Virus record (IMG/VR): IMGVR_UViG_3300008459_012190
Location: 1-53,516 of that record
Length of the DNA stretch: 53,516 nt
Reading direction: 5' to 3' (one strand)
Source of the DNA: a virus
Lineage: Duplodnaviria; Caudoviricetes
The notes below the pieces were generated by a model. It saw only the letters and a program-made list of their open reading frames with translations. It made no database searches and had not been told where the DNA came from. Position 1 is the stretch's first letter. Every line of letters starts with the position of its first letter. Of this stretch, positions 18,810 to 29,406 are shown piece after piece. The position numbers were made by a program, and so were the translations under genes.

Positions 18810-20129
18810 ATGTCTACTAACACACCAAATCAAATACTAAATAGGATACCATCAAAATTAAAACCCCTACCAATCAAAATTGATGTTGGTGCAGGATTTA
18901 CTCAAGAATATGCTGATGGGTTGGGACATATACCTTTGATTTGGTATAATGCTTATCCAATAGAACCACCTGATATGAAATTCTTTGAGTTGTCAATTAT
19001 CGATGGTTTACCATCGATTAAGATTACTTTATCAGATACCATATCGATTATGAGGGATAGAGGATTTCCATTGGATGATACTAGAATATCATTATTTATT
19101 AATCCAAGGAGTGATTTATTAAAACCAATTCACATGGATTTTAAAATAACTGAATTTAAAATGATGGGTAGGACTTGTGACTTGACAGGTGTTTTAGATG
19201 TAAATAAACTTTACATAAAAGAATTTGTTGCTTATAGAAATCTATCATCATATGAATTGTTCAAAAAAATATGTAGTGATATTGGATTTGGATTTAACTC
19301 TAATGTAGAAAGTTCAAATGATACAATGACTTGGATAAATCCAGGTAAAAAAGTCTTACAATTCATGCAAGATACTCTTGATAATTGTTACATAAGTGAT
19401 AAAAGTTTTATTTTAGGTTATTTCGATTTTTATTATAACTACAATTATGTCGATATACAAAAAGAATTGTCTCGAGATATAAAAGACCAAAAATCAACTG
19501 TAGATACAGGTGTTCAAAGAATTCTTGGAACTCCACAAAAAAATGATTTACAACCCCTAACCTTAACAAATGATGTATCTTTTGAAGAAAGTAATCTTTA
19601 TTTTGATAAGTATACGGTTATTAATAAATCAAGTGAGGTATCACTTCAAAAAGGTTATAAATCAGTTATCAAATATTATAACCAAATAGCTAAAGAGTAT
19701 TTACTATTCAATGTTGATTCTATTACAGACAACACAAATACCAAAATAATTTTAAAAGGCAAACCAAAAGATAATAAGTTTAGAAATGAAAATTTAGACT
19801 TTATTTATAAAGGTAAAATTGATACAGATAATTCACATATAAATTATCTTTACAGTGCAATTCAAAATGATAGGAATATCACCGATGTTGAAAAGGTGGG
19901 TTTGGAAATTGAAATGAAAACTCCAAATTATAATTTGTATAGATTTCAAAAAGTGCTTGTTGCAATATCCAATCAATCTAAAGGTGTTATAGATGAGTTT
20001 TTCAACGCAAGATTGTCTGGTGAGTGGTTAGTTATTGATATCAAATTCAGATTAATCGATGCTAAATACAGACAAATCCTTACTCTTGTTAAGAGAGAAC
20101 TTGAATTATCTAAAAATGAAAAGAAATAA
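18810..20129 (+). CDS. Probable baseplate hub protein (gp27/late-control-D-like)
   Basis: 439 aa between gp53-like and gp5-like genes; C-terminal LSGEWLVIDIKF..QILTLVKRE. Confidence 0.55.
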   Translation: MSTNTPNQILNRIPSKLKPLPIKIDVGAGFTQEYADGLGHIPLIWYNAYPIEPPDMKFFELSIIDGLPSIKITLSDTISIMRDRGFPLDDTRISLFINPRSDLLKPIHMDFKITEFKMMGRTCDLTGVLDVNKLYIKEFVAYRNLSSYELFKKICSDIGFGFNSNVESSNDTMTWINPGKKVLQFMQDTLDNCYISDKSFILGYFDFYYNYNYVDIQKELSRDIKDQKSTVDTGVQRILGTPQKNDLQPLTLTNDVSFEESNLYFDKYTVINKSSEVSLQKGYKSVIKYYNQIAKEYLLFNVDSITDNTNTKIILKGKPKDNKFRNENLDFIYKGKIDTDNSHINYLYSAIQNDRNITDVEKVGLEIEMKTPNYNLYRFQKVLVAISNQSKGVIDEFFNARLSGEWLVIDIKFRLIDAKYRQILTLVKRELELSKNEKK

Positions 20130-20187
20130 GACATTATAGAAATCATCTCCTGTTTAATATATAATTTACAAAATATATTAATGATAA

Positions 20188-23100
20188 ATGGGTGAGGGTG
20201 CATTACCAGGTGGTATATTCAGAAAATCTGCTCCAGGTGAAGTCGAGATTAATATTCCAGGAATTGCAGAAAGTCCGGTCAATAGAATAATCCGAAAAGC
20301 TTACAGTGGTAAACATAAAGGAGAACCGAACACATTAGCAAGGACACCTGACGATAAATTATATCCAAGAGGTTTTACTCCACCAGTTGATTTCATATCA
20401 GAACCAGATAAAGCCCAAGGTATTTATAATCTATCTAGTACAACAAGGAATGCTTATGAGGATTTACCAGTTGAGGCTGGAATTCAAGTTAATTTAGATG
20501 GTAAGGTTAAGAAATCATTACAAAGTAAATATTTATCTTTACAAGAAGCTCCTCTTAGATTTTTTGATTCGCCGAGTGTTCAATTCCGACATCTGCTAGA
20601 ATATAACGATACATCACTAACAAAATATAGAAATCCAATTCTCGATGGATCTGATGGTAATAGACCTGGTGTTACTTATGATTTCGATGAAAATGGTAAG
20701 ATGACAAGTCCCACATATCTAGCATCATTTGTTAGAACACAGAGAGAAAATGAAGATCCAACTTTGTTGGGTTTTGATTTTAACGTAAGTCTACCAAACT
20801 CACCATTATTCAATGGCACTTGTGAAAAATTTATAATTGATTATGGTGCTAATAATACAGAAATAAAAAATAGACTTGCACTTTTACATGAATTCCAAAA
20901 ACAATTTTTGAACTTTTTCAAAACTTATGAACCTAATCATATAAGTGAAAACTTACCCTCTGTCGGTCAATTTTTAGAAAATGATGGTGGTAGTAACTCA
21001 ACTAATAATGATGAAAAAAGTTTTGGTAGTCAAAAATCATTCCAATTAACTAATAAGTTATTAAAAAATAAAGATTATCCAGATCCAAATCCCAATGACC
21101 CCACACTTCCACAAGATTCTTCAAGGGATATGAGGGATACTTATTTGGGTAGCGCAACCAAAGCATATTATTTACAATCCATCACCGGATTAAATAAATT
21201 AAATGAGAGCAATAGTTATTCTGAAGGACAACGGTTTGTGAAATGGGGTACCGATTGTTTAACATTAACAATGAATGAAGATGTATCTCAAAATATGGGA
21301 TATTTGGCTTCACTCTACAAGAATTTAGCTTGGTCGAGAGAATTGGGTAGATTAGCTATTCCTGAAAATCTTCTTAGATTTGAAGTGGTTTTGGATATCA
21401 CTGAAGTCAGAAACTATGTTAGAATTTATAAAAGTGGTAGCCTGTCTGCTCTTGCGATACCTGGTCAAGATAAAAATAAAGATTGGATAACCATAGCGGA
21501 TCAGACCTCCAAATACCGATACTTTGTTCATGAATGTCAATTATTTTTTCCAGAAATGCCTCATGGAGATACACTCACAACATCACCTAGTGATTATGTT
21601 AAAGGACTTGATATGAAAATATTTTTCAAGAATTCAAATCTTAGGTTTATGAAATTTTCACCCCCCTTTAATGCCAAAGTACAGGATGATGATTATACCG
21701 GTTATTCGAAAAGATATGTTGGAACCAATTTAAATTATTGGGAAGATTATTTTGGTATCAAAGTTGTTGATAACTCAACAGCTTTACCAATTTCGAATGT
21801 GGGTAATGATACTTTATACGGTGGTACAAGTGAAAAACTAAACACTATATTCGATAATGGTAATAGTGTAGAACCAACAAAAGAAAATACATCTCCGATT
21901 GGTTATCCAGTTGAAATATTCAACGATATCGAGCAGCAACGTGTAATTAACACAAATGCTCTAAGTGGTCTATCTGATGAGGAGAGAAGAAGACAAATCA
22001 ATCAAAGACCAACTTTTGCCGATAAACTAAAAGTAGGTTTAAAGGATCGTTTCAATAAAATCAAAAAAGCTGCTCTTGGTAGTGCAATCAACCTTATAAA
22101 CAGACAATTAACTTCAGTTGCGTCTTTAGTTAATAGAACCCTAAATCAAATTTATAATTCAACTCCTGTCATTGGTGGTATCAAACCACCAAAAAATATT
22201 TATCAATCTCCCAATGAATTTGAACAAGCATACATTGATTTTGTTGGTCCTGGGTTGAAAACATTCTTCCAAGATCCAATTAAATTTAGAAAAGAAGGTA
22301 AATTAGGAGAAACGTTAGAGGAAAGAATATCAAGAGGTAGACAAGAAAATCCAAATCCAAGACCAGGTAGGAGTACACAAGATTATTTCCAATTAGCTAA
22401 CCAAGCAACACCTGGTAAAAATAGAAAATTAAAACAAATCATAGATTCCGATCCTGCACTTGGTAACGGTTTTTCTGGAGCTTCAACTATACCATTCTTG
22501 GGTAACAGTGCTGACACAGGTCCTAATAAAACTTTAAAACAAATTGTAGATTCCAATCCACAACTTGGTACACCAGGTAGTCTGATAAGTACAAATCCTT
22601 CACTTGGTAACAGTGCCGATACTGGTCCTAACAAAACTTTACAACAGATTGTAAATGGAAACCCACAACTTGGTATTCCAGGTAGCCTTATAAGTACAAA
22701 TCCTTCACTTGGTAATAGTGCAGAAAGTGGAGGTAATCTTACTTTAGATGAGATGGTTGAACAAAGTCCAGATTTAGGTTTACCAGGGTCTAATATTTCT
22801 CAAAATCCTTCACTTGGTAATAATGCTGAAATTGGCGCTAACTTGCCTTTACAGACCATCGTGGATAAAGATCCAGATTTTGGTTTACCTGGTAGTAGAT
22901 TACCCATCGATGAGTCAATTGGTAATAACGCTAAGTATGTTGGTAAAAATCTAACTTTACAAGAAATTGTTAATTCTGATCCAGGTTTAGGAAATGGTGC
23001 CGGTGTGATACCTAGTCCATCACTTGGTAATAACGCAAACATCGGAGATAATTTATCAAATAATCAAACGGTTTTACAGAATTCTTCAGTTACTAATCCA

Positions 23101-24366
23101 TTCTTGGGTAATAGTGGAGAAATTGGCAATAACACTCTAAATGATAGAGTGGTGTTGGATAATTCTCTTGTAGACAATGCGGACGAAGGTAATAGTGCAA
23201 TATCTGGTGAAAACAGTCTAAATGATTTAATTGTTACAGGTAATACATTATTAGTAAATCCGTTTGAAGGAAATAGTGCAAGTGAGGGTGATAACATTCA
23301 AAGCACCGAATTGGTATCTACAACAAGTAAAGTTATTAATCCATCGCTCGGTAATAAAGCTAGACAAAATAAAAACATACAAAATTCTGAATTGGTATCT
23401 ACAACAAGTAAAGTTGTTAATTCATCTTTGGGTAATAGTAGCTTAGTAGGTAAAAATGTCTTATCAGATTCTATAGTTAGAAATCAAAGTGATGTTGTTA
23501 ATCCTAGTTTGGGTAATAGTAGTATTAGTTCTCCAAATAGAAAATCAGATAAATTGGTTTCTGAAAAAACAAGTTTAAATGATGCTGAATTGGGCAATAG
23601 TGGTTTAATTGGAGGTAATGATAAGTTGAGTGAAATATTATCAAATAGTAGATTGACAGATGCTGATAGAGGAAATAGTGGTTTGATAGGTGGTAATAAT
23701 AAGTTGAGTGAAATATTATCAAATAGTAGATTGATTGACCCTAATTTGGGTAACAGTGCGACTATTGGTGGTAATAACCCAAGACAGACAATTGTTGATG
23801 GTAATACCAACCTTGTAGAACCGAGTCTAGGTAATAGTGGTCAGTTGGGTTCGTCAATTGATAAAGATGAAATAATTAGCCAATATACACAGGTTGATGA
23901 TAAACAAATTGGAAATAGTGGTAGATTTGGAAGTAATACTTATTTGAATGAAAAAGTAGGAAAAAATAGTTTAGTTGAAGATAAATCATTGGGTAATGGT
24001 GGATTAGCATCTTATAATTTATCAAAGGATGAAAAAATAGATTCTAATTCAAAAATTAATAATCCAGAAATTGGTAACAGTGGATTAATTGGTAGAAATG
24101 AAACTTTGATTGAGCGTAGTGCTAAGTCAAAATCTTCTACTACAAGTGTGGGAAGAAACTTAGGAGATTCCAAAAAGTTGGATGAAATAATTGATAGACA
24201 GTCTGAAGTTGAAAATCCTAATTTAGCAAATAAAGCATTGAGAGGAAAAAATCTAAACTTGGGTGAATTTTCTAAATATAGCAATTCAAGGTTGTATGGT
24301 ACGGTAGATTGGACTAATATCCAATTTCCAAAATCTGGACAGAGATTTCCACCACCTACGACCTAA
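20188..24366 (+). CDS. Large probable structural protein with a C-terminal array of NPSLGNS repeats
   Basis: 1392 aa; roughly 20 degenerate 26-35-aa repeats in the C-terminal half. Confidence 0.7.
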   Translation: MGEGALPGGIFRKSAPGEVEINIPGIAESPVNRIIRKAYSGKHKGEPNTLARTPDDKLYPRGFTPPVDFISEPDKAQGIYNLSSTTRNAYEDLPVEAGIQVNLDGKVKKSLQSKYLSLQEAPLRFFDSPSVQFRHLLEYNDTSLTKYRNPILDGSDGNRPGVTYDFDENGKMTSPTYLASFVRTQRENEDPTLLGFDFNVSLPNSPLFNGTCEKFIIDYGANNTEIKNRLALLHEFQKQFLNFFKTYEPNHISENLPSVGQFLENDGGSNSTNNDEKSFGSQKSFQLTNKLLKNKDYPDPNPNDPTLPQDSSRDMRDTYLGSATKAYYLQSITGLNKLNESNSYSEGQRFVKWGTDCLTLTMNEDVSQNMGYLASLYKNLAWSRELGRLAIPENLLRFEVVLDITEVRNYVRIYKSGSLSALAIPGQDKNKDWITIADQTSKYRYFVHECQLFFPEMPHGDTLTTSPSDYVKGLDMKIFFKNSNLRFMKFSPPFNAKVQDDDYTGYSKRYVGTNLNYWEDYFGIKVVDNSTALPISNVGNDTLYGGTSEKLNTIFDNGNSVEPTKENTSPIGYPVEIFNDIEQQRVINTNALSGLSDEERRRQINQRPTFADKLKVGLKDRFNKIKKAALGSAINLINRQLTSVASLVNRTLNQIYNSTPVIGGIKPPKNIYQSPNEFEQAYIDFVGPGLKTFFQDPIKFRKEGKLGETLEERISRGRQENPNPRPGRSTQDYFQLANQATPGKNRKLKQIIDSDPALGNGFSGASTIPFLGNSADTGPNKTLKQIVDSNPQLGTPGSLISTNPSLGNSADTGPNKTLQQIVNGNPQLGIPGSLISTNPSLGNSAESGGNLTLDEMVEQSPDLGLPGSNISQNPSLGNNAEIGANLPLQTIVDKDPDFGLPGSRLPIDESIGNNAKYVGKNLTLQEIVNSDPGLGNGAGVIPSPSLGNNANIGDNLSNNQTVLQNSSVTNPFLGNSGEIGNNTLNDRVVLDNSLVDNADEGNSAISGENSLNDLIVTGNTLLVNPFEGNSASEGDNIQSTELVSTTSKVINPSLGNKARQNKNIQNSELVSTTSKVVNSSLGNSSLVGKNVLSDSIVRNQSDVVNPSLGNSSISSPNRKSDKLVSEKTSLNDAELGNSGLIGGNDKLSEILSNSRLTDADRGNSGLIGGNNKLSEILSNSRLIDPNLGNSATIGGNNPRQTIVDGNTNLVEPSLGNSGQLGSSIDKDEIISQYTQVDDKQIGNSGRFGSNTYLNEKVGKNSLVEDKSLGNGGLASYNLSKDEKIDSNSKINNPEIGNSGLIGRNETLIERSAKSKSSTTSVGRNLGDSKKLDEIIDRQSEVENPNLANKALRGKNLNLGEFSKYSNSRLYGTVDWTNIQFPKSGQRFPPPTT
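22420..24260 (+). repeat. Degenerate coding tandem repeats (105-nt units grading into 78-81-nt units)
   Basis: GNSADTGPNKTL(K/Q)QIV..NPQLG.PGSLISTNPSL twice; GNSGLIGGN(D/N)KLSEILSNSRL twice; boundaries approximate. Confidence 0.8.
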
Positions 24367-24378
24367 AAATAATTATTG

Positions 24379-26289
24379 ATGATGTTTGATTTAACGGGAA
24401 GGTCTTTTATTGGTGTGGTTGCCGATAATAAAGATCCAAAAAAACTAGGAAGATGTAGAGTAAGGGTTGTAAATATATTCGATCTTATACCAGTTGAGGA
24501 TATACCTTGGGCTACTCCAAGAAAAGATGTTAATGGTAATTACTTTAATGTTCCTGAAGTCGGAAAAATAGTCAACGTATATTTCGATGAGGGAAATATT
24601 TATAAACCCGAGTTTACATCAGCGGAGCATTATAGCGCAAGACTTGAGGAAAAACTAAAAAAATTATCTCAAGATGCACCCTCATCCGATGTTTTAGATG
24701 ATTATACATCAATGAAAGCTTTGCTTTTTGATTCGAGTACACAAATATATGTCAATGAAAGTGAGGGGTTAAAAATAGATCATAAATACCAAAGTATCCA
24801 TTTGGAACCTTCTAGTATAACTTTAAATCTGAAAGATAGAAATAGCACTTTGAACTTAGGCGATTCTTGTACAGATCAACCTATAATATTAGGGAGGAAT
24901 TTTATGGAATGGTTTGATAAATTCATTCGAAAATTGACATTCAACCCTTATTGGAGTTCAATATCAGGAGCATCTGTGATTCCACAGAATGGTTTAGCTG
25001 ATGTTCTATTAGAGTATGCTGAATTGAGGGATACTAAATTCCTATCTCATCACATCAAAGCTGTTGATAATAGTGAGGTCGATACAGTTGCTCAAACATC
25101 GAATAGTTTTCCTGTACATAGAGAGAATTTGGGACAAGCTGGTGATTACATCAAATCTTTAGATAAATTGTATAAACTCTCAAGAAAATTAAAAGATATT
25201 CCAAAACCATGGAAAAAGAGGAAAAAAAGATTTGATGTCAAGTATAAACCACCACAACAAAAAAGACCCATAGATGGTGTTCAGACACAACAGGGTTTGC
25301 CACAATCAAGTGGACCAGTTCAAAATACATCCAATCCAGATGCTGCTAAACCATCAGATGGAATAAACAATAGTTATAATTCACCTGCAAATCAAGATCA
25401 ATCCAACAGATATGATCCAAACATCAATGTTGAGTTTTATGAGGATGATGATGAGACTGCTAAAATTCTTAGATTTTTGCAATCGAAAAGTGGTACCAGT
25501 CCAATCACAGGTAAAACAGAAGATTATTTTGTTTTTGAAGACCCTTATATTTTGAACATTGTTGTATTTAGAAGTAGAGAACATGAGTATGGGACTGTTA
25601 CAAACAGATATGATGATAGGATGTGGGTTTTCTATAAAGATGATAAGGATCAATGGTCGACCATAAAAAAATATTCCGTAACAACAATGCCTGGTTGGAA
25701 AGTGGTGGATGGTAAAAAGACCGAGCCACCTATCTTACCTGAGAACGTCTGTTTTATAAACTATGGTCAATACTTGAACAGTTACCAATTAGGATATCAT
25801 AGTCCAGAAGACTATGGAAAAAGACATCCAGCATTGATTTGTGATAAAGTAGGAATTAGAATGAATAAATCAAAAGGTAAATATTCATTGACTAAATATG
25901 TAAACACTGGATTAAACACACAAATTGGTATAGATGTAGATGGATGGGTTTATGAAACCGGTATCAATATTCACGGGGCTATTCCACTTGATGAATCTGT
26001 TTATGGTGAAAATGGATTTACAAAAGCGGGTATAGTTTTTGATGAAGTGAATAGTTGGTCGATGGGTTGTATTGTTTTTAACAATCCCAATCAATATAGG
26101 TTGTTCTTGGGTTTATGTCAAGAGCAAAAAAACAAAGGAAAAAAATCTCAGTTCACAGTCACTGTAGCTTCTTATAGAGAATTTGAATTATTTGAAACCG
26201 ACAGTCTTTTTGAGGATGAAGATTCAGAGAAAGATAGTTCTGAGTTTGAGGATAGATTTCCAGATTTTGACGAAGATGACGATTATTAA
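24379..26289 (+). CDS. Baseplate spike/hub, gp5/VgrG-like OB-fold fused to a C-terminal cell-wall peptidase-like domain
   Basis: IGVVADNKDPKKLGRCRVRV, IPWA, VPEVGKIVNVYF; C-terminal GINIH...WSMGCIV. Confidence 0.8.
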   Translation: MMFDLTGRSFIGVVADNKDPKKLGRCRVRVVNIFDLIPVEDIPWATPRKDVNGNYFNVPEVGKIVNVYFDEGNIYKPEFTSAEHYSARLEEKLKKLSQDAPSSDVLDDYTSMKALLFDSSTQIYVNESEGLKIDHKYQSIHLEPSSITLNLKDRNSTLNLGDSCTDQPIILGRNFMEWFDKFIRKLTFNPYWSSISGASVIPQNGLADVLLEYAELRDTKFLSHHIKAVDNSEVDTVAQTSNSFPVHRENLGQAGDYIKSLDKLYKLSRKLKDIPKPWKKRKKRFDVKYKPPQQKRPIDGVQTQQGLPQSSGPVQNTSNPDAAKPSDGINNSYNSPANQDQSNRYDPNINVEFYEDDDETAKILRFLQSKSGTSPITGKTEDYFVFEDPYILNIVVFRSREHEYGTVTNRYDDRMWVFYKDDKDQWSTIKKYSVTTMPGWKVVDGKKTEPPILPENVCFINYGQYLNSYQLGYHSPEDYGKRHPALICDKVGIRMNKSKGKYSLTKYVNTGLNTQIGIDVDGWVYETGINIHGAIPLDESVYGENGFTKAGIVFDEVNSWSMGCIVFNNPNQYRLFLGLCQEQKNKGKKSQFTVTVASYREFELFETDSLFEDEDSEKDSSEFEDRFPDFDEDDDY

Positions 26290-27923
26290 ATCGTCATTTT
26301 TATCTCCTTAAATGGATACTTCCGCTTAATGTAGAACTTTTGACGCTCCTTATAGTGATTATAAAGGATATTATTCATTTGACTTGGACTGAAAACATCT
26401 ACTAAATCAAAAATTGTTGCTACCTTTTTTTGATCATGCTTACGTAGAGCTCGACCAATTGATTGAATTATGATTTGTTCTGACTTGAAAGAATCAGCAA
26501 AAACCACATTAAATATAGCATTTATTGATACACCAGTTGATAATGTACCGAATGAAGCTACAAGCACCTTGACATTACCATCTGTTTTGTCCATTTCCTT
26601 TTTTATAAATTCACGTTCTTTATTACTTATCTCACCATCGATGTAATAAAAGTCTTTATCATTAATGTTACTTTTCAATTCATTTAAAATCTTTTGACCG
26701 TATTCAATAGTGTGAAATAGTATTAAAGTGTTGGAATCACACTTCTGTACCAATTTTACTATGAAATCCAATCGTTTTTGTGATTGTTGAATGAATTCTT
26801 TTTCTATTCTGAATGCGTCGGATCCAGCACCCATTTTTTTGATTTGACTTAATCTTTCATGTATATCTGGTAGATTATGATTTAGAATGACCGCTTTGAT
26901 TGTCATCGGTGTAATTGTACCCGATTCAACAAGTGTTGACGCTTCTATTTTGGTCACATTTGGTCCTAGTACAGATTGGATTGTTAATATCTCTAAGGTA
27001 TCATCATTTGGAAATGTACCACTGACACCAAATCTATTGTAAGCGTGTCCAAATGTTCTTTGTAGGATTGTGGTCAAAGTAGTACTTTTAGCCCCATGTG
27101 CTTCATCACAAGCAATGGTATGAAACTGTTCGAAGAATTCTTTTGGCCATTTCTCTAATGATTGATAACATCCGATATAAATGTTGGGTTTTACTGTTCC
27201 GACAAATTTCCTAGGTTTGTCAGACATTATCTCCTCCATTCTGATTTTTGATGGATTGTAATCCTCGTATTCTTCTTGAATTATATCAATGTTTGCATCT
27301 CTGAAATCTACACGGTTTGAATATTCATCTATGAAATTGAATCCATAATTATATTCCATTATATTTTCATAGAATTGTGTTACAAGGTTTATGGATGGTA
27401 CAATTATCAAGAATTTAGCATCTGAATCCACATTTTGTAAAATGTAAAATATGATTATGGATATCACTAAAGATTTCCCACCAGATGTAGCAACCTCAGC
27501 CATACAATATCTATTTTTGAGTATTTTAAAGGCGGTTTCTATTTGGTAATCGTAAGGCATAAATGGTATCCATTGACCTGTCTTTTTGTCTTTAATTTTA
27601 TGATTTTTGAAAAAATCTTGACAGAAATCTTTTACAGATTCCAAACTCACATTTCTGTTTAAAGGAAAATCTTCTTTATTCTCAAGGTTAAATGTCACCC
27701 CAATTTCTTTACAAGCTTTATAACATTCTCTCCATAATCCTAAATTTACTTTACCATTATCGAAGTAGGTTTTTTTTCCCGACCACACACCCATTTTCAC
27801 AGCTGGTAGAAAACGATGTCCCTTTACAAATCTTTCTAACCAGATAGATAATTGATGGTATTCAATCCGCGTGGATTGACTTACAATCAACTTTTCCTCA
27901 TTTGGATCATATCTGAAATTCAT
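26286..27923 (-). CDS. uvsW: Superfamily 2 DNA helicase, UvsW-like
   Basis: PYDYQ, ATSGGKS, DEAH, SGT, STGVSI, QSIGRALR. Confidence 0.9.
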   Translation of the reverse strand: MNFRYDPNEEKLIVSQSTRIEYHQLSIWLERFVKGHRFLPAVKMGVWSGKKTYFDNGKVNLGLWRECYKACKEIGVTFNLENKEDFPLNRNVSLESVKDFCQDFFKNHKIKDKKTGQWIPFMPYDYQIETAFKILKNRYCMAEVATSGGKSLVISIIIFYILQNVDSDAKFLIIVPSINLVTQFYENIMEYNYGFNFIDEYSNRVDFRDANIDIIQEEYEDYNPSKIRMEEIMSDKPRKFVGTVKPNIYIGCYQSLEKWPKEFFEQFHTIACDEAHGAKSTTLTTILQRTFGHAYNRFGVSGTFPNDDTLEILTIQSVLGPNVTKIEASTLVESGTITPMTIKAVILNHNLPDIHERLSQIKKMGAGSDAFRIEKEFIQQSQKRLDFIVKLVQKCDSNTLILFHTIEYGQKILNELKSNINDKDFYYIDGEISNKEREFIKKEMDKTDGNVKVLVASFGTLSTGVSINAIFNVVFADSFKSEQIIIQSIGRALRKHDQKKVATIFDLVDVFSPSQMNNILYNHYKERQKFYIKRKYPFKEIKMTI

Positions 27924-28020
27924 ATAATTTATATATGAATTTATTGGGTTGTTTTTGTTATTTTGGGGACCATGAGATTATGATATATACATATACCGCA
28001 CATAAAAATTAAAACAAAAT

Positions 28021-28299
28021 ATGAATTTTTTCAAAAAAATCCTTGATTTCTTTGGATTTGGTAGTGACCAAAAAGAAAACACAATTACCACTGATGGGGC
28101 CATGATGATGAAACCAGTAGAGAGTATCAAACCAAAAGAACAATCCGTCGAGGCTCCTACAGTCAAGAAGAAACCTTATAGAAATAGAAGACCAAGACCT
28201 AAGAAACCGGCAGAAACTCAAGAACCAAAATCTGAAGAGAAACCAAAAAAGAAATCAAATTGGAGAAAACCAAAACCAAAAAAGAAAGTAGATGAATAA
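28021..28299 (+). CDS. Small Lys/Pro-rich basic protein
   Basis: 92 aa with an amphipathic N-terminus; followed by a terminator. Confidence 0.65.
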   Translation: MNFFKKILDFFGFGSDQKENTITTDGAMMMKPVESIKPKEQSVEAPTVKKKPYRNRRPRPKKPAETQEPKSEEKPKKKSNWRKPKPKKKVDE

Positions 28300-28324
28300 A
28301 AAAAACCCCTAACGGGGTTTTTTT
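28298..28324. terminator. Bidirectional intrinsic terminator
   Basis: A8-CCCC-taac-GGGG-T7. Confidence 0.8.
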
Positions 28325-28989
28325 TATTTACGTTTGATTATTTCATCAATCATTCCATAATTCAAAGCTTCCTCTGCTGTCATCCAATAATCTCTATCGG
28401 AATCCTTTTCAACTCTATCATAAGATTTACCGGTTCTGTCAGATATTATTGTATGTAATTCTTTCTTTAGTGAGTTAATTTCTTTGGCATCAATTTCCAA
28501 ATCAGAGGCTTGTAGATACCCACCAAAACCTGCGAGTGGTTGGTGTATCATTGTTCTAGCTCTTTTAAGTGATTTCCTTTTTCCTTTTGCACCACAACAT
28601 AATAGCACAGCTGCCATACTAGCTGCTAGTCCGGTATTGATTGTAACGATATCTGGTTTGATATATTCCATAGTATCGAGAAGACCCAATCCTGAATAGA
28701 CACTACCACCAGGCGAATCTATATAGATTTTGATATCTTTATCATCGTCCATCTGTTCAAGATAAAGGAGTTGTGCCTTTATGATATTACAAATATCAGA
28801 TTCCATTTCAGTGGACAAGAATATAATTCGATTATTGATCAACTTGGTAAATATATCGACCATGATACCATCACTAGTATCATCTAAGATGTGGTGAGTA
28901 GAATTCAATTTTGATTTGTAAGAGGAAACAAATGTTGATGAAATCCTATGGTGTTTGGTTAAATAATTTTCTAAATCTTTATTTGTCAT
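28324..28989 (-). CDS. clpP: ATP-dependent Clp protease proteolytic subunit
   Basis: RIIFL, AQLLYL, YIDSPGGSV, AASMAA (Ser), MIHQP (His), DRDYWM (Asp), YGMIDEI. Confidence 0.95.
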   Translation of the reverse strand: MTNKDLENYLTKHHRISSTFVSSYKSKLNSTHHILDDTSDGIMVDIFTKLINNRIIFLSTEMESDICNIIKAQLLYLEQMDDDKDIKIYIDSPGGSVYSGLGLLDTMEYIKPDIVTINTGLAASMAAVLLCCGAKGKRKSLKRARTMIHQPLAGFGGYLQASDLEIDAKEINSLKKELHTIISDRTGKSYDRVEKDSDRDYWMTAEEALNYGMIDEIIKRK

Positions 28990-29084
28990 CTTGGAATGTT
29001 TTTATTTTTAGAATTTTTTCGGAATAAGTTGAATTGAAAATAAGAATTCGGATTTTTATATATACTGAAAAAAGATTTATAATT

Positions 29085-29405
29085 ATGAAAACTACAATTG
29101 AAGTTCAAGGTTATGAGATCAAAATCGACGAGATGAACGATAAGATTATGATTTCTGCTGAAAAAGATGGTGAAGTTGTTGAGCAATTTGAACTCGAAAT
29201 CGATCCTGGTTTTGAAGATGATAATATGGGTGGTATGGAACCATTCGAAGGTGATGAAGAAGAAGATTTTGAAGAAATGGATGACATGGATGATGATGAC
29301 ATGGAAGACATGGAAGAAGGAGATGATGACATGGAAGAAGATGAGGAAGAAGAAGGCGAAAGTAAATTAGAATCTTTCTCTCACTTCGTAAAAAGACGTA
29401 AATAA
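29085..29405 (+). CDS. Acidic low-complexity protein with C-terminal KLESFSHFVK
   Basis: Start MKTTIE at 29085 after TTTATATATAC; D/E/M-rich tract. Confidence 0.7.
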   Translation: MKTTIEVQGYEIKIDEMNDKIMISAEKDGEVVEQFELEIDPGFEDDNMGGMEPFEGDEEEDFEEMDDMDDDDMEDMEEGDDDMEEDEEEEGESKLESFSHFVKRRK

Positions 29406-29406
29406 A

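Noticed and set aside
22420-24260. CRISPR array or DGR template/variable repeat
   Set aside because: The repeats are in-frame degenerate protein repeats with no unique spacers, no adenine-specific mismatch pattern was noticed, and no cas or reverse transcriptase gene is in the window.
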